The notes below the pieces were generated by a model. The model was given only the letters and a program-made list of their open reading frames with translations, was not told the DNA's origin and made no database searches. The position numbers and the translations under genes were made by a program. From a virus (Duplodnaviria; Caudoviricetes), in IMG/VR virus record IMGVR_UViG_3300018080_005675, positions 1-26,911 of that record: DNA of 26,911 nucleotides. One strand, given 5' to 3'. Below, piece by piece: positions 16,627 to 24,583 of the stretch; position 1 is the first letter of the stretch; every line of letters begins with the position of its first letter.

Positions 16627-17679
16627 TTAGGCCCGTTCGGCGCGGATACGCACTTTGTCCAGGCGGACGTCGGCGGTGGTATCGTTGTTCTCCTTCTCGA
16701 CGTGGACGATCGGCGTTAGCGCGCCGGTGGCCGCGGCCATCGAGAACGTGGTGTCCGGCAGCAGGCGCGTCCACGTGGTCGCGCCGACGGCCCGATAAAA
16801 GAACTTGATGTCGGACTTGTCGGTCACGTCGATGCGGAAGTCGTAGAATATGTCGTCGACCAGATCGACGAGCGTGTCGGTGGCGGCCGTCTCGTTGCTG
16901 CCGTCGTCGCACTCGCAGCACAGCGAGAGGTCGCCGCCGTCCAGGTGGAAGAAGGCGCTCTCGGTGATCGCGTCGGCGTCGGTGGCGTGGGTGTCGTTGG
17001 CCAGGCCGAAGTTGATGTCCAGCGCCGCGTCGTCGCCGATGTCGTAGACCGCCAGGCGGAAATCGACGATCGGATTCTGGTCGATGTCCAGCGGCGCGTT
17101 GACCATGTAGAGCGCCGCCGTGGCGGCCTCGGCCACCGCGTCGAAGCTGAACTTCAGGACGCCGTTGGGCTGGTCGCTGGAGATCACCCCCAGGCCGAGC
17201 GTCTCGACCTTGGTCCAGTCGTTCCCGGTCAGCGCGGTGCCGGCGGCCGGGTAGTCGCCGATGAAGTCGTAGGTCTCGTCGATGCCGCCGAACTCTCGGG
17301 CCTCGCCGGCCAGTTCGGCGATCGGCAGGACCTCGATGTAATCGCCGTCGGCGGTCGCCGCTTCCAAGGCGACCCCGATGGGGTTGGCGTTGGCCGTGTC
17401 GTCGACCTTGCCGCCCTCGGCGCCGTAGACAACGTCGAAGACGCTCAGCGCGCCGGCGGCCACCATCTTCCGCGTGCCCGCGGCGTTCCAGGCGATCACC
17501 GCGGCGTTGGCCGATGCGCCCAGCCCGGAGACGATGTGCCGGTTGTGGAGCGTGCCCAGGCCGACGTCCTCGGGACCGCAGGCCGCCAGCCCGTAACTGG
17601 CGTCGTACTTGACACGCAGGTACGGGGCCAGCGCCGCGGTCGCCGCCAGGCTAAGAATTCCCGTCTTGTTGACTTGCAT
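16627..17679 (-). CDS. Capsid cement/decoration protein (DUF2190-like N-domain) with a C-terminal extra domain
   Basis: The first ~120 aa end in GKV......IGVALEAATADGDYIEV, a typical cement motif; ~225-aa acidic beta-rich extension; SD AGGAG. Confidence 0.75.
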   Translation of the reverse strand: MQVNKTGILSLAATAALAPYLRVKYDASYGLAACGPEDVGLGTLHNRHIVSGLGASANAAVIAWNAAGTRKMVAAGALSVFDVVYGAEGGKVDDTANANPIGVALEAATADGDYIEVLPIAELAGEAREFGGIDETYDFIGDYPAAGTALTGNDWTKVETLGLGVISSDQPNGVLKFSFDAVAEAATAALYMVNAPLDIDQNPIVDFRLAVYDIGDDAALDINFGLANDTHATDADAITESAFFHLDGGDLSLCCECDDGSNETAATDTLVDLVDDIFYDFRIDVTDKSDIKFFYRAVGATTWTRLLPDTTFSMAAATGALTPIVHVEKENNDTTADVRLDKVRIRAERA

Positions 17680-17741
17680 GATTGATTACTCCTGCTTGAC
17701 TCTGGTTTTGGTTTGGATTTGGAAAAACAGACTTGACGGTC

Positions 17742-18239
17742 TTACTCGACCAGGCGGGCCAGTGAGTGGCGGTCCTGGATCAGGTCCTGAATTTTTTGCC
17801 GGTTGGGGTTGACCGCCGCCAGGTAGGCGGTGTGCTCGTATGGATGCGCCCGGGCCGCGGCCTGAATCGCCGCGCGGCGGCTCATGCCGGCCTTGATGTT
17901 CTCGCGCACCAGCAGGTTGAACTGCTCGACCGCGTCGGCGGTGTCGCCGGAATCGTCGCCGGCGGCGCCAGCGGCCGAGAGCGGATCAACGCCCGCGGCC
18001 GTCTTGGCGGCGTTTGCCTTTTTGTCGACCTCGGCGGCCTTCTGCTCGGCCTCGGCGGCCTTCTTTTCGGCGGCCGCCAACCGGGCGTTCTGCTCTTCCA
18101 TCCAGGCCGACTGGGCCTGGTCGACGGTCGCCTTCTTGGCCAGTTCGCCGACCAGGAAATCGTTGTCCGCCCCGGGGCAACAGATTTTGAGGTCTTCCAG
18201 CGTGGCCGGCGGCGGCGTGGTGGTCGTAGTCTCGCTCAC
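17742..18239 (-). CDS. Nested in-frame scaffolding protein (Nu3-like), 165 aa
   Basis: Internal GAGGAG-N7-GTG at 18239 in an A-rich linker; Ala/Glu/Lys coiled coil follows. Confidence 0.7.
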   Translation of the reverse strand: MSETTTTTPPPATLEDLKICCPGADNDFLVGELAKKATVDQAQSAWMEEQNARLAAAEKKAAEAEQKAAEVDKKANAAKTAAGVDPLSAAGAAGDDSGDTADAVEQFNLLVRENIKAGMSRRAAIQAAARAHPYEHTAYLAAVNPNRQKIQDLIQDRHSLARLVE

Positions 18240-19166
18240 TTGTGTTTCTCCTCGTTTGCTTGGTGGTGAAGAGGTTTTGGTATTGGACTCGGTTTTGCCT
18301 GCGCCCAACTGCCCGAGCAGTTGAGCGATCGTTTCCTCGAAGGGCATTACCGCGTCGATCAGGCCGAGCGATTGGGCGTCGGCCGCCATGTGTACGCGGC
18401 CGTCTGCCAGCTCGTCGACGCGGGAGATCGGCATCTTGCGGCCGGCCGCGACGCCGGCGGAAAACTCCGCCTGGGTTTTGTCGATGAGTTTCTGCCAGAC
18501 GGCCTGCTGCTCATGGGTGATCTCGGTGCCGGGGAACCCGGCTCCCTTGTACTTGCCCGCGCGGATCACCACCGGGCGGATCCCTTGCTGCCCGGCCGCG
18601 GCGCTGTAGTCGTAGAGCCCGACGTAGGTGCCGATCGAGCCGATCATCGCCGTGCGGTCGTTGGCGACGATCCGCGCGGCCTGCGAGGCGACCCAATAGG
18701 CGGCCGACGCGGCCAGGTCCTCGACGAAGGCCCATACCGGCTTGCGGCGGCCGGCGGCGGCCACTTCGCGGGCCAGGTCGGCGGTGCCGGCCACCGTCCC
18801 GCCGGGCGAGTCGATCCGCAGCACTATCGCGTCGATCGCCTCGTCGTCGGCCGCCTGCCGGACCGCGCGGCGCAGGAGGATCGTGGCGCCGGCATCCGAG
18901 AGCGAACTGCCGCGCTTGGTCATCGTCCCGGTGATGTCGATCACGGCGACGGTCTGCCGATTATCGGCGGGTGCTATCTTCGCGGCCGCGGCGATCGCCG
19001 GCTGGCGGGCGGCGACGTGGGCCGCCAGGTCGAGCCGGGCGATCCGCTCGACCATCTGCAAGAAACGCACTTCCTCGACCGCCCAGAGACCGCAGTATTG
19101 GTCCAGATTCAGATCCAAGCCGGTAAGCGGCCGTAAGTCGATCTGTAAGTTGGCGTTATTTCCCAT
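17742..19166 (-). CDS. S49 family prohead protease with C-terminal scaffold (lambda gpC-like)
   Basis: LRIDSPGG, AASAAYWVASQA, GSIG, AGKYK and A..LGLID motifs. Confidence 0.92.
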   Translation of the reverse strand: MGNNANLQIDLRPLTGLDLNLDQYCGLWAVEEVRFLQMVERIARLDLAAHVAARQPAIAAAAKIAPADNRQTVAVIDITGTMTKRGSSLSDAGATILLRRAVRQAADDEAIDAIVLRIDSPGGTVAGTADLAREVAAAGRRKPVWAFVEDLAASAAYWVASQAARIVANDRTAMIGSIGTYVGLYDYSAAAGQQGIRPVVIRAGKYKGAGFPGTEITHEQQAVWQKLIDKTQAEFSAGVAAGRKMPISRVDELADGRVHMAADAQSLGLIDAVMPFEETIAQLLGQLGAGKTESNTKTSSPPSKRGETQVSETTTTTPPPATLEDLKICCPGADNDFLVGELAKKATVDQAQSAWMEEQNARLAAAEKKAAEAEQKAAEVDKKANAAKTAAGVDPLSAAGAAGDDSGDTADAVEQFNLLVRENIKAGMSRRAAIQAAARAHPYEHTAYLAAVNPNRQKIQDLIQDRHSLARLVE

Positions 19167-20739
19167 CGGCGGTCTTCTCCTCGCTGTGGGCCTCGATGCC
19201 GATCTTTACGCCGTCGGGCGTGGGCAGACTGGCGACCTCACGCCAGGTGACGGAGAGGTCGGGAAACTCCTTGTTCAACTCGTCGGCCTTTTGCTTGGCC
19301 TTGCGGATCAGCATCGCGTTGTCGTCGACGATCTCGGTGCTCAGGTCGTTCCAGTCGAGCCCTCGTTCGTTACAGCGGCGGCGGTGCGAGATCAGCGCGT
19401 TGCGACAGCGCAGCAGATCGGCCGAGGCGTCCTTCAGCGGCTCGATGTATTTCCACTCGGGCGGGTGCCAGCGGTGGGCGAACAGATTGACACCCTCTTG
19501 CCGGCCGATGGCCTCCAGCACGGCGTCGGCGGCGATCCACTGACGGACCTTGAACTGGTAGACCGGCTCGTGAAAGGCGCCGCAGAGCCAGCGTTGGATG
19601 CGGCGGAATCCCAAGCGGGCCTGGTCGATCGCGCCCCGCCAGCCGCTGAAGTTGGTCTCGCTCGGGTCGAGCAAGAACACCGCCAGCGGCAGGTCCAGGT
19701 TGATCGAGATCATCGTGAGGATCAGCTTGGCGTGGGCGAAGAACTCGGGATTGGGGATGTTCGGCGTAAAGCCGGTGAGCTTTTCGCCCGGGCGGCCGAA
19801 GATCTCCATCCCCGGCGCGACGCCCTCAATCGTCCGGGTGGAGCCGTCCGACAGCGTTTCGGTCTCTTGCTCGCCCTTTTGCGGCGGAGCCGCGCCGTCA
19901 TACAACTCCGGGAACTCGTGAAAAATCGAATAGACCGACCCGTGTTGCGCTTTGACCAGCATCGCGAAGAACAGGTCGTCGCCCATGCCAATCGTGTCTA
20001 CCGACGGGGCGAAGGCCGTGATCCCCCGGGTCTGCGAGATGCGATCGGGCCAGTAAATGTGGAACACCTGGCGGCGGCCCTCGGCGTCGCGGGCCGCGTA
20101 GCGCCGCATCTCGTTTACGCGGCGGACCCGCCGGCTGGGATTGATGTCGTCGGCGGTAAGCCAGTACTCCAGCGGCCGGCGGAGCCGGTCGAGCAGTACG
20201 CCGTGCACTAGCTGCGTGCCGGCCGCCCGGCGGCAACGGGCGTTGGTCGGGCTGCGCAGCCGGTGGGCCTCGACCAACTGCAACTGCCCGGTCCGCTGTG
20301 GCAACACCAGCACGTCGCCGTCGACGATCGTCGATTGCAGCACAAGCTGTTCCTGCTGGTGAAACGACAGTCGCCCGGCCACGTCGCACAGATCGCATTG
20401 TCGCGACCACTCGGCCCAACGCCCGGCGAGTATCTTGTCGGCCTTGTCGTTGCCGGTCTGCGGGTCCAGCGCGAACCCGTCCTGGATACAGTTGGTCACC
20501 AACCGGCGGACGGCCTGGGCGATCACGGGGTTATTGCGGAAGAAATGCCGGGCCAGCTCCATCATCCGCAAGTAATCGGACTCCGTGCGGTAGTGGTAAT
20601 CGGCGGAAGAACCGACCGCAGAGACGCCCGCCGGTGTGCGGCGGTAGCGGCTGGCCTTGGCGGCGTTGTAGTCCGAGCGGAACTGCTCGAACAGTTCCGG
20701 GCTCGAAAGCGTCGATACGTCCCGTCGGCATCTGGACAC
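19156..20739 (-). CDS. Phage portal protein, lambda family
   Basis: 527 aa; AR...RNNP, DGDVL, GV..D...RP..YW, QTRG, D.S..NFS..R and W..IEPLKD motifs. Confidence 0.92.
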   Translation of the reverse strand: MSRCRRDVSTLSSPELFEQFRSDYNAAKASRYRRTPAGVSAVGSSADYHYRTESDYLRMMELARHFFRNNPVIAQAVRRLVTNCIQDGFALDPQTGNDKADKILAGRWAEWSRQCDLCDVAGRLSFHQQEQLVLQSTIVDGDVLVLPQRTGQLQLVEAHRLRSPTNARCRRAAGTQLVHGVLLDRLRRPLEYWLTADDINPSRRVRRVNEMRRYAARDAEGRRQVFHIYWPDRISQTRGITAFAPSVDTIGMGDDLFFAMLVKAQHGSVYSIFHEFPELYDGAAPPQKGEQETETLSDGSTRTIEGVAPGMEIFGRPGEKLTGFTPNIPNPEFFAHAKLILTMISINLDLPLAVFLLDPSETNFSGWRGAIDQARLGFRRIQRWLCGAFHEPVYQFKVRQWIAADAVLEAIGRQEGVNLFAHRWHPPEWKYIEPLKDASADLLRCRNALISHRRRCNERGLDWNDLSTEIVDDNAMLIRKAKQKADELNKEFPDLSVTWREVASLPTPDGVKIGIEAHSEEKTADGK

Positions 20740-20766
20740 GTTTTGGTCTCAGTTCGGTCTCATCGG

Positions 20767-21057
20767 TCAATCGCGAAAGTCTTGGAAGCTGGCGAACCGC
20801 AGCGTCGCGGTGCTCCGATCGGCGATCCACCGCCGGGCCTCGCTGAGTTCTTTGCGGATCATCGCCGGGTCCAGCTCGATCTCTTCGGTCTCGCGGCCGC
20901 CGTGTACCGCCCGCTTGGGCAGGCGCCGCAAGAGCACGCGACAGGCGGTGATAAACGCCGCCGCCTTGCCGACCGATTCGTCTTCGGCATACGAGGCGCT
21001 GTCGTCGTAAGCGGCCTGGACCTCGGCCAGCGTGCTAGAGCTGCTCAGCGTGGACAT
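20767..21057 (-). CDS. gpW-like head completion protein (positional call)
   Basis: 96-aa helical protein immediately upstream of a lambda-type portal. Confidence 0.55.
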   Translation of the reverse strand: MSTLSSSSTLAEVQAAYDDSASYAEDESVGKAAAFITACRVLLRRLPKRAVHGGRETEEIELDPAMIRKELSEARRWIADRSTATLRFASFQDFRD

Positions 21058-21094
21058 GCCCAACTAGATAGCGTCCGATCGGCGGACAGCGAAT

Positions 21095-21115
21095 AGCGTC
21101 CGGAGTCCGGACGCT
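21095..21115. promoter_or_regulatory. Perfect 21-bp inverted repeat, candidate operator
   Basis: AGCGTCCGGA-G-TCCGGACGCT, about 40 bp upstream of the head operon. Confidence 0.45.
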
Positions 21116-21136
21116 TCGGATTTGTCGGACGGGTCG

Positions 21137-21164
21137 GATTGCAGATCGCAGATTGCGGATTGCA
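21137..21164. repeat. Heptamer array GATTGCA-type x4 (reverse orientation)
   Basis: GATTGCA GATCGCA GATTGCG GATTGCA. Confidence 0.9.
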
Positions 21165-21177
21165 GAAGTAGCTCGGC

Positions 21178-21285
21178 CTAGAGATCAATCAGGCCGCAGG
21201 CCCTGAGCGTGAAGAAGAGAACGGCGATTGCCACCAGCAGCGCTATCCACTGCGGGGTCAGAGTTTCGTCGTCGGGATCGGGCAT
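21178..21285 (-). CDS. 35-aa single-TM peptide (not in the ORF track)
   Basis: MPDPDDETLTPQWIALLVAIAVLFFTLRACGLIDL*; SD-like GGGGTGA 8 nt upstream. Confidence 0.6.
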   Translation of the reverse strand: MPDPDDETLTPQWIALLVAIAVLFFTLRACGLIDL

Positions 21286-21293
21286 ATCGGCAC

Positions 21294-21312
21294 TCACCCC
21301 GTCACCCCCTCA
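21294..21312. repeat. Short octamer array in phase with the ASCH stop codon
   Basis: TCACCCCG TCACCCCC TCA. Confidence 0.75.
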
Positions 21313-21729
21313 AGTCTCCGTCAAGTCCACGTTGAACAGGCCCTGCCGCCCGAGGCAGGGGATCGGCTCGGCCAGCGGCCGGGGGTTTTCCAGGATCCAG
21401 CAGACCGGGCCGGTCGCCAGGGATTGCGGATCGGGGATTGCAGATTGCAGATTGAAGAGGTCGGGCTGGCGGCGTTCGTCCAGGCGGACGACGTCGACCA
21501 GCTCGACCGTGCCCAGCAGCACGCCGCGGGGCACGTGCTCGTCGTCGGGGACCTCGACGCCGAGTCGCTCGAGGATCGCCCGGGCCTCGGCGTCGGCCCG
21601 CCCGTTGCCACGGCCGGCGTGGATCAACAACGGCCCGCGGTGCCTCGTGGCCCACGTCCGGTTGTCCACCCGCTTCGGCCCGTGGATCACCGCCCAGGCC
21701 CAGACCGGATGCAGCGTGATCGCCTTCAT
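21310..21729 (-). CDS. ASCH domain protein
   Basis: MKAITLHPVWAWAVIHGPKRVDNRTW..RGPLLIHAG...G.LLGTVELVD...W.L..P..L..PIP..GRQGLF. Confidence 0.9.
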   Translation of the reverse strand: MKAITLHPVWAWAVIHGPKRVDNRTWATRHRGPLLIHAGRGNGRADAEARAILERLGVEVPDDEHVPRGVLLGTVELVDVVRLDERRQPDLFNLQSAIPDPQSLATGPVCWILENPRPLAEPIPCLGRQGLFNVDLTET

Positions 21730-21763
21730 TGATTATAAGGTGAATCTATCAAAGGTGAATCTG

Positions 21764-22213
21764 TCAAAAAGGAATGGCGGCGGGCTGGTGGCATTCGACC
21801 AGGTCCATCGCCTTGTGGCATTCGACCAGGTCCATCGCCTTGCGGTAGATTTCCTCCCGAGTCGGGAGTTTGTCGTAAGGGGAAAGCAGGAACTCGAACA
21901 GCCGCTCCGTGCCGTCGTCGCCGGAGTATTCCGGGAAGTACCAGCCAACTTCTTGGGCGATCTCGTCGTAGCGGGGAATGACCGTGTAGTCGGCCCCGCG
22001 GGCGATCCGCCGCCCCCAGCGGCTGTAAAACCCGTGCCGCCAAAACGGCCAGCTCGCCGGCGTGCAGGCGGTGGCCATGATCCAGGCGGTCTCCCGCACC
22101 TCGTTGGGCCGCTGGCGTTTCTCCCGTTCCGCGTCCCGCACCTCCGCCGCCGCCTGGCGGACCGCGTTCCAGTCGAGCCCCCGCTCCCGGGCTTCTCGGC
22201 GAATCTCGTTCAT
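21764..22213 (-). CDS. Hypothetical protein (149 aa) with its own promoter and a duplicated KAMDLVECH
   Basis: SD TAAGGA; 27-bp perfect tandem duplication at 21788-21841. Confidence 0.8.
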   Translation of the reverse strand: MNEIRREARERGLDWNAVRQAAAEVRDAEREKRQRPNEVRETAWIMATACTPASWPFWRHGFYSRWGRRIARGADYTVIPRYDEIAQEVGWYFPEYSGDDGTERLFEFLLSPYDKLPTREEIYRKAMDLVECHKAMDLVECHQPAAIPF

Positions 22214-22258
22214 TGCGTGTTCCTTATGTTAGGTGGTGTCTTGCCCCCGTCTACTACT

Positions 22259-22267
22259 ATTATATCA
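22259..22267 (-). promoter_or_regulatory. Extended -10 sigma70-type promoter TG-A-TATAAT
   Basis: Perfect TGnTATAAT in an AT-rich patch 45 bp upstream of ATG 22213; no good -35. Confidence 0.7.
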
Positions 22268-22320
22268 CTCCACCCAAATGGGGGAAGTGAGAAAATCTCC
22301 CCGATTGGCGGATTTGATCG

Positions 22321-22516
22321 GAAGTCCTTGCGCGGTAGCGACTTACGGGTTTCGGAATTCTCCCGAAAGTCCGGCAGCGGCCGGTATTTCCGGCGAAATA
22401 CGCGGAACACGACGCCCTAAGTCGTTTGCCGGCAAGGGGTTAGGGGAAATCGGGAATCCCCGACAAGCCGGAAAGGGGAAGGGGGAAGGCGGAAGTCGTT
22501 GGGAGGGAAGGGGTTA
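22321..22516. promoter_or_regulatory. Three imperfect palindromes KAAGTC-N13-GRSTTA
   Basis: 22321-22345, 22418-22442 and 22492-22516, all with the same 13-bp spacer. Confidence 0.55.
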
Positions 22517-22525
22517 CGGCTGGAC

Positions 22526-22570
22526 GTGACGGGGTGAAAACGCCGACTCACCCCGTCACCCCCTCACCCC
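22526..22570. repeat. Inverted octamer array, 12-bp perfect stem, at the end of the wHTH frame
   Basis: GTGACGGGGTGA-AAACGCCGAC-TCACCCCGTCAC. Confidence 0.85.
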
Positions 22571-22716
22571 GCGCGTAGAACGCCTGCGGCCGCCCCCGGG
22601 AGCCGCCGCGGCCCTTTTGTTCGACGTCGCCGGCGGCGATCAGTTCTTCCAGGGCGCGCCGCACGCACGTAATGGATAAGTCGGCGCGCTGCGCGAGTGC
22701 GCGCGTCGACAGCCCG
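22548..22716 (-). CDS. Winged-HTH domain, out-of-frame continuation of the ATPase-GNAT gene
   Basis: PGLSTRALAQRADLSITCVRRALEELIAAGDVEQKG is a wHTH pattern lacking helix 1, which is encoded in the upstream frame. Confidence 0.65.
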
Positions 22717-23926
22717 GGTGCCGTCGGACAATATGCCAGACTTGCATCGTGGTCGTGCACTCGGCGGCGAACTCGCGCGCCCGGGCCCGCGGCATGGCGG
22801 GGCCGCAGTACTGGAAGCCGCCGGTGATCCGCTTGCAGGAACTCCCCGCGTACTTGTCGGCGCTGGTTTTGCGGAACATGCCGCCGGAGCTGGTCGGCCG
22901 GACCATCCCCAAACGGATCCGCCGCCAGTTGGCCGAAGCGGAGCGATAGCCGATCATCGCCGGGTGGCCGGTTGTCGAAAACGCGCGGCCGCCGAGGCCC
23001 GTCCAGATCGACGCGCAGAATTCGCTCAGGCGGTTGCCGATCCCGATCCCCTGGTAATCGGGCAGGACGACGGTGCGGTGTTCGCGCATGTCGCGCGGGC
23101 GGCGGCCCTTGGTTATGTAGTTCAGCCAGGCGGAAAAGGCCACCGGCTGCTGGTCAATGAAGGCGGCGAAGCAGCGGGCGCCCACGGAGATCTCGCCGCT
23201 TAGATAGTGATGCCGGCGAAACAGAACCCAGGCGGAGCGGTGGACCGGAGCGACTTCGATTGTAATTGTTGGTCGCTGAAGACACCCCCTTGCCAACTGG
23301 CAGCTTGCCATATCCAGCACCCAATCGGGTTCGAGCCACTCGACCACGTCGTAGTGGCAGGTCACGGCGACGAACTGTTTTGCGATCCGGCCCTTGCGCA
23401 GCGCCTTGCTGACCGCCGCAGAGCCGATCTTGGCCACCGTGCGATCGACCACGCTGGTAAACTCGTCGTAGGCGACCAGCTTCCCGATTGATAGCAGCGC
23501 CCGGGCCAGGTTGCACCGGAACTGTTCGCCGTTGGAGAGGACCTGAAACGGCTTCACCCAGCTCGGCGGCGAGGAAAAGCCGACGGCCGTAAGCATGTGC
23601 GTAACCTCTTTGATCGACAGCCGCTCGCCGAAGCCGTCGACCACGGCCTTGTCCTTGGGCCAGCGGAAGCCGGTGTATAGGTGTTTGCCGAAGGCCGCCC
23701 GGGCGATGCTCGTCTTGCCGCTGCCCGAGGGGCCGACGATCACGCCGATCCGCCAGTCTTCGCCGGCGGCGGGTACCTCGGCGGTGAACTGCTGGCGGGC
23801 CTTCTCTTCGATCGCCAGATCGAACATGCCGGCGACCTGGTCGACGCGAAAGGAGCGGTGCACCGGCGTCGCCAGGGCGACGTCGATCTTGCGAGTCTTT
23901 GAGATTCTCGCCGGGCTGCTGGTCAT
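22640..23926 (-). CDS. ABC-type ATPase fused to a GNAT-like acetyltransferase
   Basis: Walker A GPSGSGKT, signature LSNGE, Walker B VAYDEF, H-loop VTCH; then F.RHHYL and GNAT motif A RTVVLPDYQGIGIG. Confidence 0.88.
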   Translation of the reverse strand: MTSSPARISKTRKIDVALATPVHRSFRVDQVAGMFDLAIEEKARQQFTAEVPAAGEDWRIGVIVGPSGSGKTSIARAAFGKHLYTGFRWPKDKAVVDGFGERLSIKEVTHMLTAVGFSSPPSWVKPFQVLSNGEQFRCNLARALLSIGKLVAYDEFTSVVDRTVAKIGSAAVSKALRKGRIAKQFVAVTCHYDVVEWLEPDWVLDMASCQLARGCLQRPTITIEVAPVHRSAWVLFRRHHYLSGEISVGARCFAAFIDQQPVAFSAWLNYITKGRRPRDMREHRTVVLPDYQGIGIGNRLSEFCASIWTGLGGRAFSTTGHPAMIGYRSASANWRRIRLGMVRPTSSGGMFRKTSADKYAGSSCKRITGGFQYCGPAMPRARAREFAAECTTTMQVWHIVRRHPGCRRAHSRSAPTYPLRACGAPWKN

Positions 23927-23965
23927 AATCGTTCACGCGGGGCCGCCGAGTTGGAAAATCTGCAA

Positions 23966-24568
23966 TCACACGGTAAGCAGCCGGCAGTTGCGGCCCTCCT
24001 TCTGGAGCCGTTCGTAGAGCCGTTTCTGGTCGGCCTCGTCGCGGCAGTCCACGACCACCTGGAACGCGTCGGGCACGGCCTGGGACGTCTCGGCGGCGGC
24101 CTGGCCGTCGTCGTCCTCGGCGGCGTCGAACTCGTCGAGCAGCAACTCGTCGTAGAGATCGCCGAGTTCCTCGCGGGTCTCCGAGAGCAAGTCGGCGAGG
24201 ATCTCTTCGTCCCAGGCCGCCAGCTCGGCGGTGCGATTGTCGGCGACGGCGAACCCGGTGGCGGCGGCCGGATCGTCCTCGACCCAGACCACCGCAAGCT
24301 GCGACCAGCCGAGTGTCTGCGCCGCCAGCAGCGTGCCGTTGCCGGCCTCGATCTGCTTATTGGCGCGGTTGGCGACGATCGGCTTGCGCTGGCCGAAGCG
24401 CTGCAGGCTCGCGGCGATCGCCGCGACGTTTTGCTCGTCGTGTTTCCGCGCGTTGCGGGGATCCAGCACGAATTCGCCGATCGGCACGGCCAGTGGGCGG
24501 AGGTCCCCGGCGATGTGATCGAGTTTCGCCGCGGCCGCTCGGCCGCCGCTGGTTTTTCTTTTGGCCAC
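23966..24568 (-). CDS. ParB/Srx N-terminal domain protein
   Basis: GTG at 24568 behind AGAGGA; DPRNARKH...IAASLQRFGQRKPIV...AGNG...A...LG...ADNR. Confidence 0.88.
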   Translation of the reverse strand: MAKRKTSGGRAAAAKLDHIAGDLRPLAVPIGEFVLDPRNARKHDEQNVAAIAASLQRFGQRKPIVANRANKQIEAGNGTLLAAQTLGWSQLAVVWVEDDPAAATGFAVADNRTAELAAWDEEILADLLSETREELGDLYDELLLDEFDAAEDDDGQAAAETSQAVPDAFQVVVDCRDEADQKRLYERLQKEGRNCRLLTV

Positions 24569-24583
24569 GGGTTGTCCTCTGGA

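Noticed and set aside
17700-17723. TTTGG-type repeats here and TCTCAG/TCGG at 20741-20766
   Set aside because: Too short and degenerate to count as arrays.
21732-21767. TTGACA...TATAAT on the minus strand before the ASCH gene
   Set aside because: Spacing is 24 bp (9 bp from the TTGATA copy), and TATAAT is only 2 nt from the ATG, which is incompatible with a normal sigma70 promoter.
22640-23926. ABC transporter
   Set aside because: No permease or TM partner; the ATPase is fused to a GNAT in a phage packaging context.
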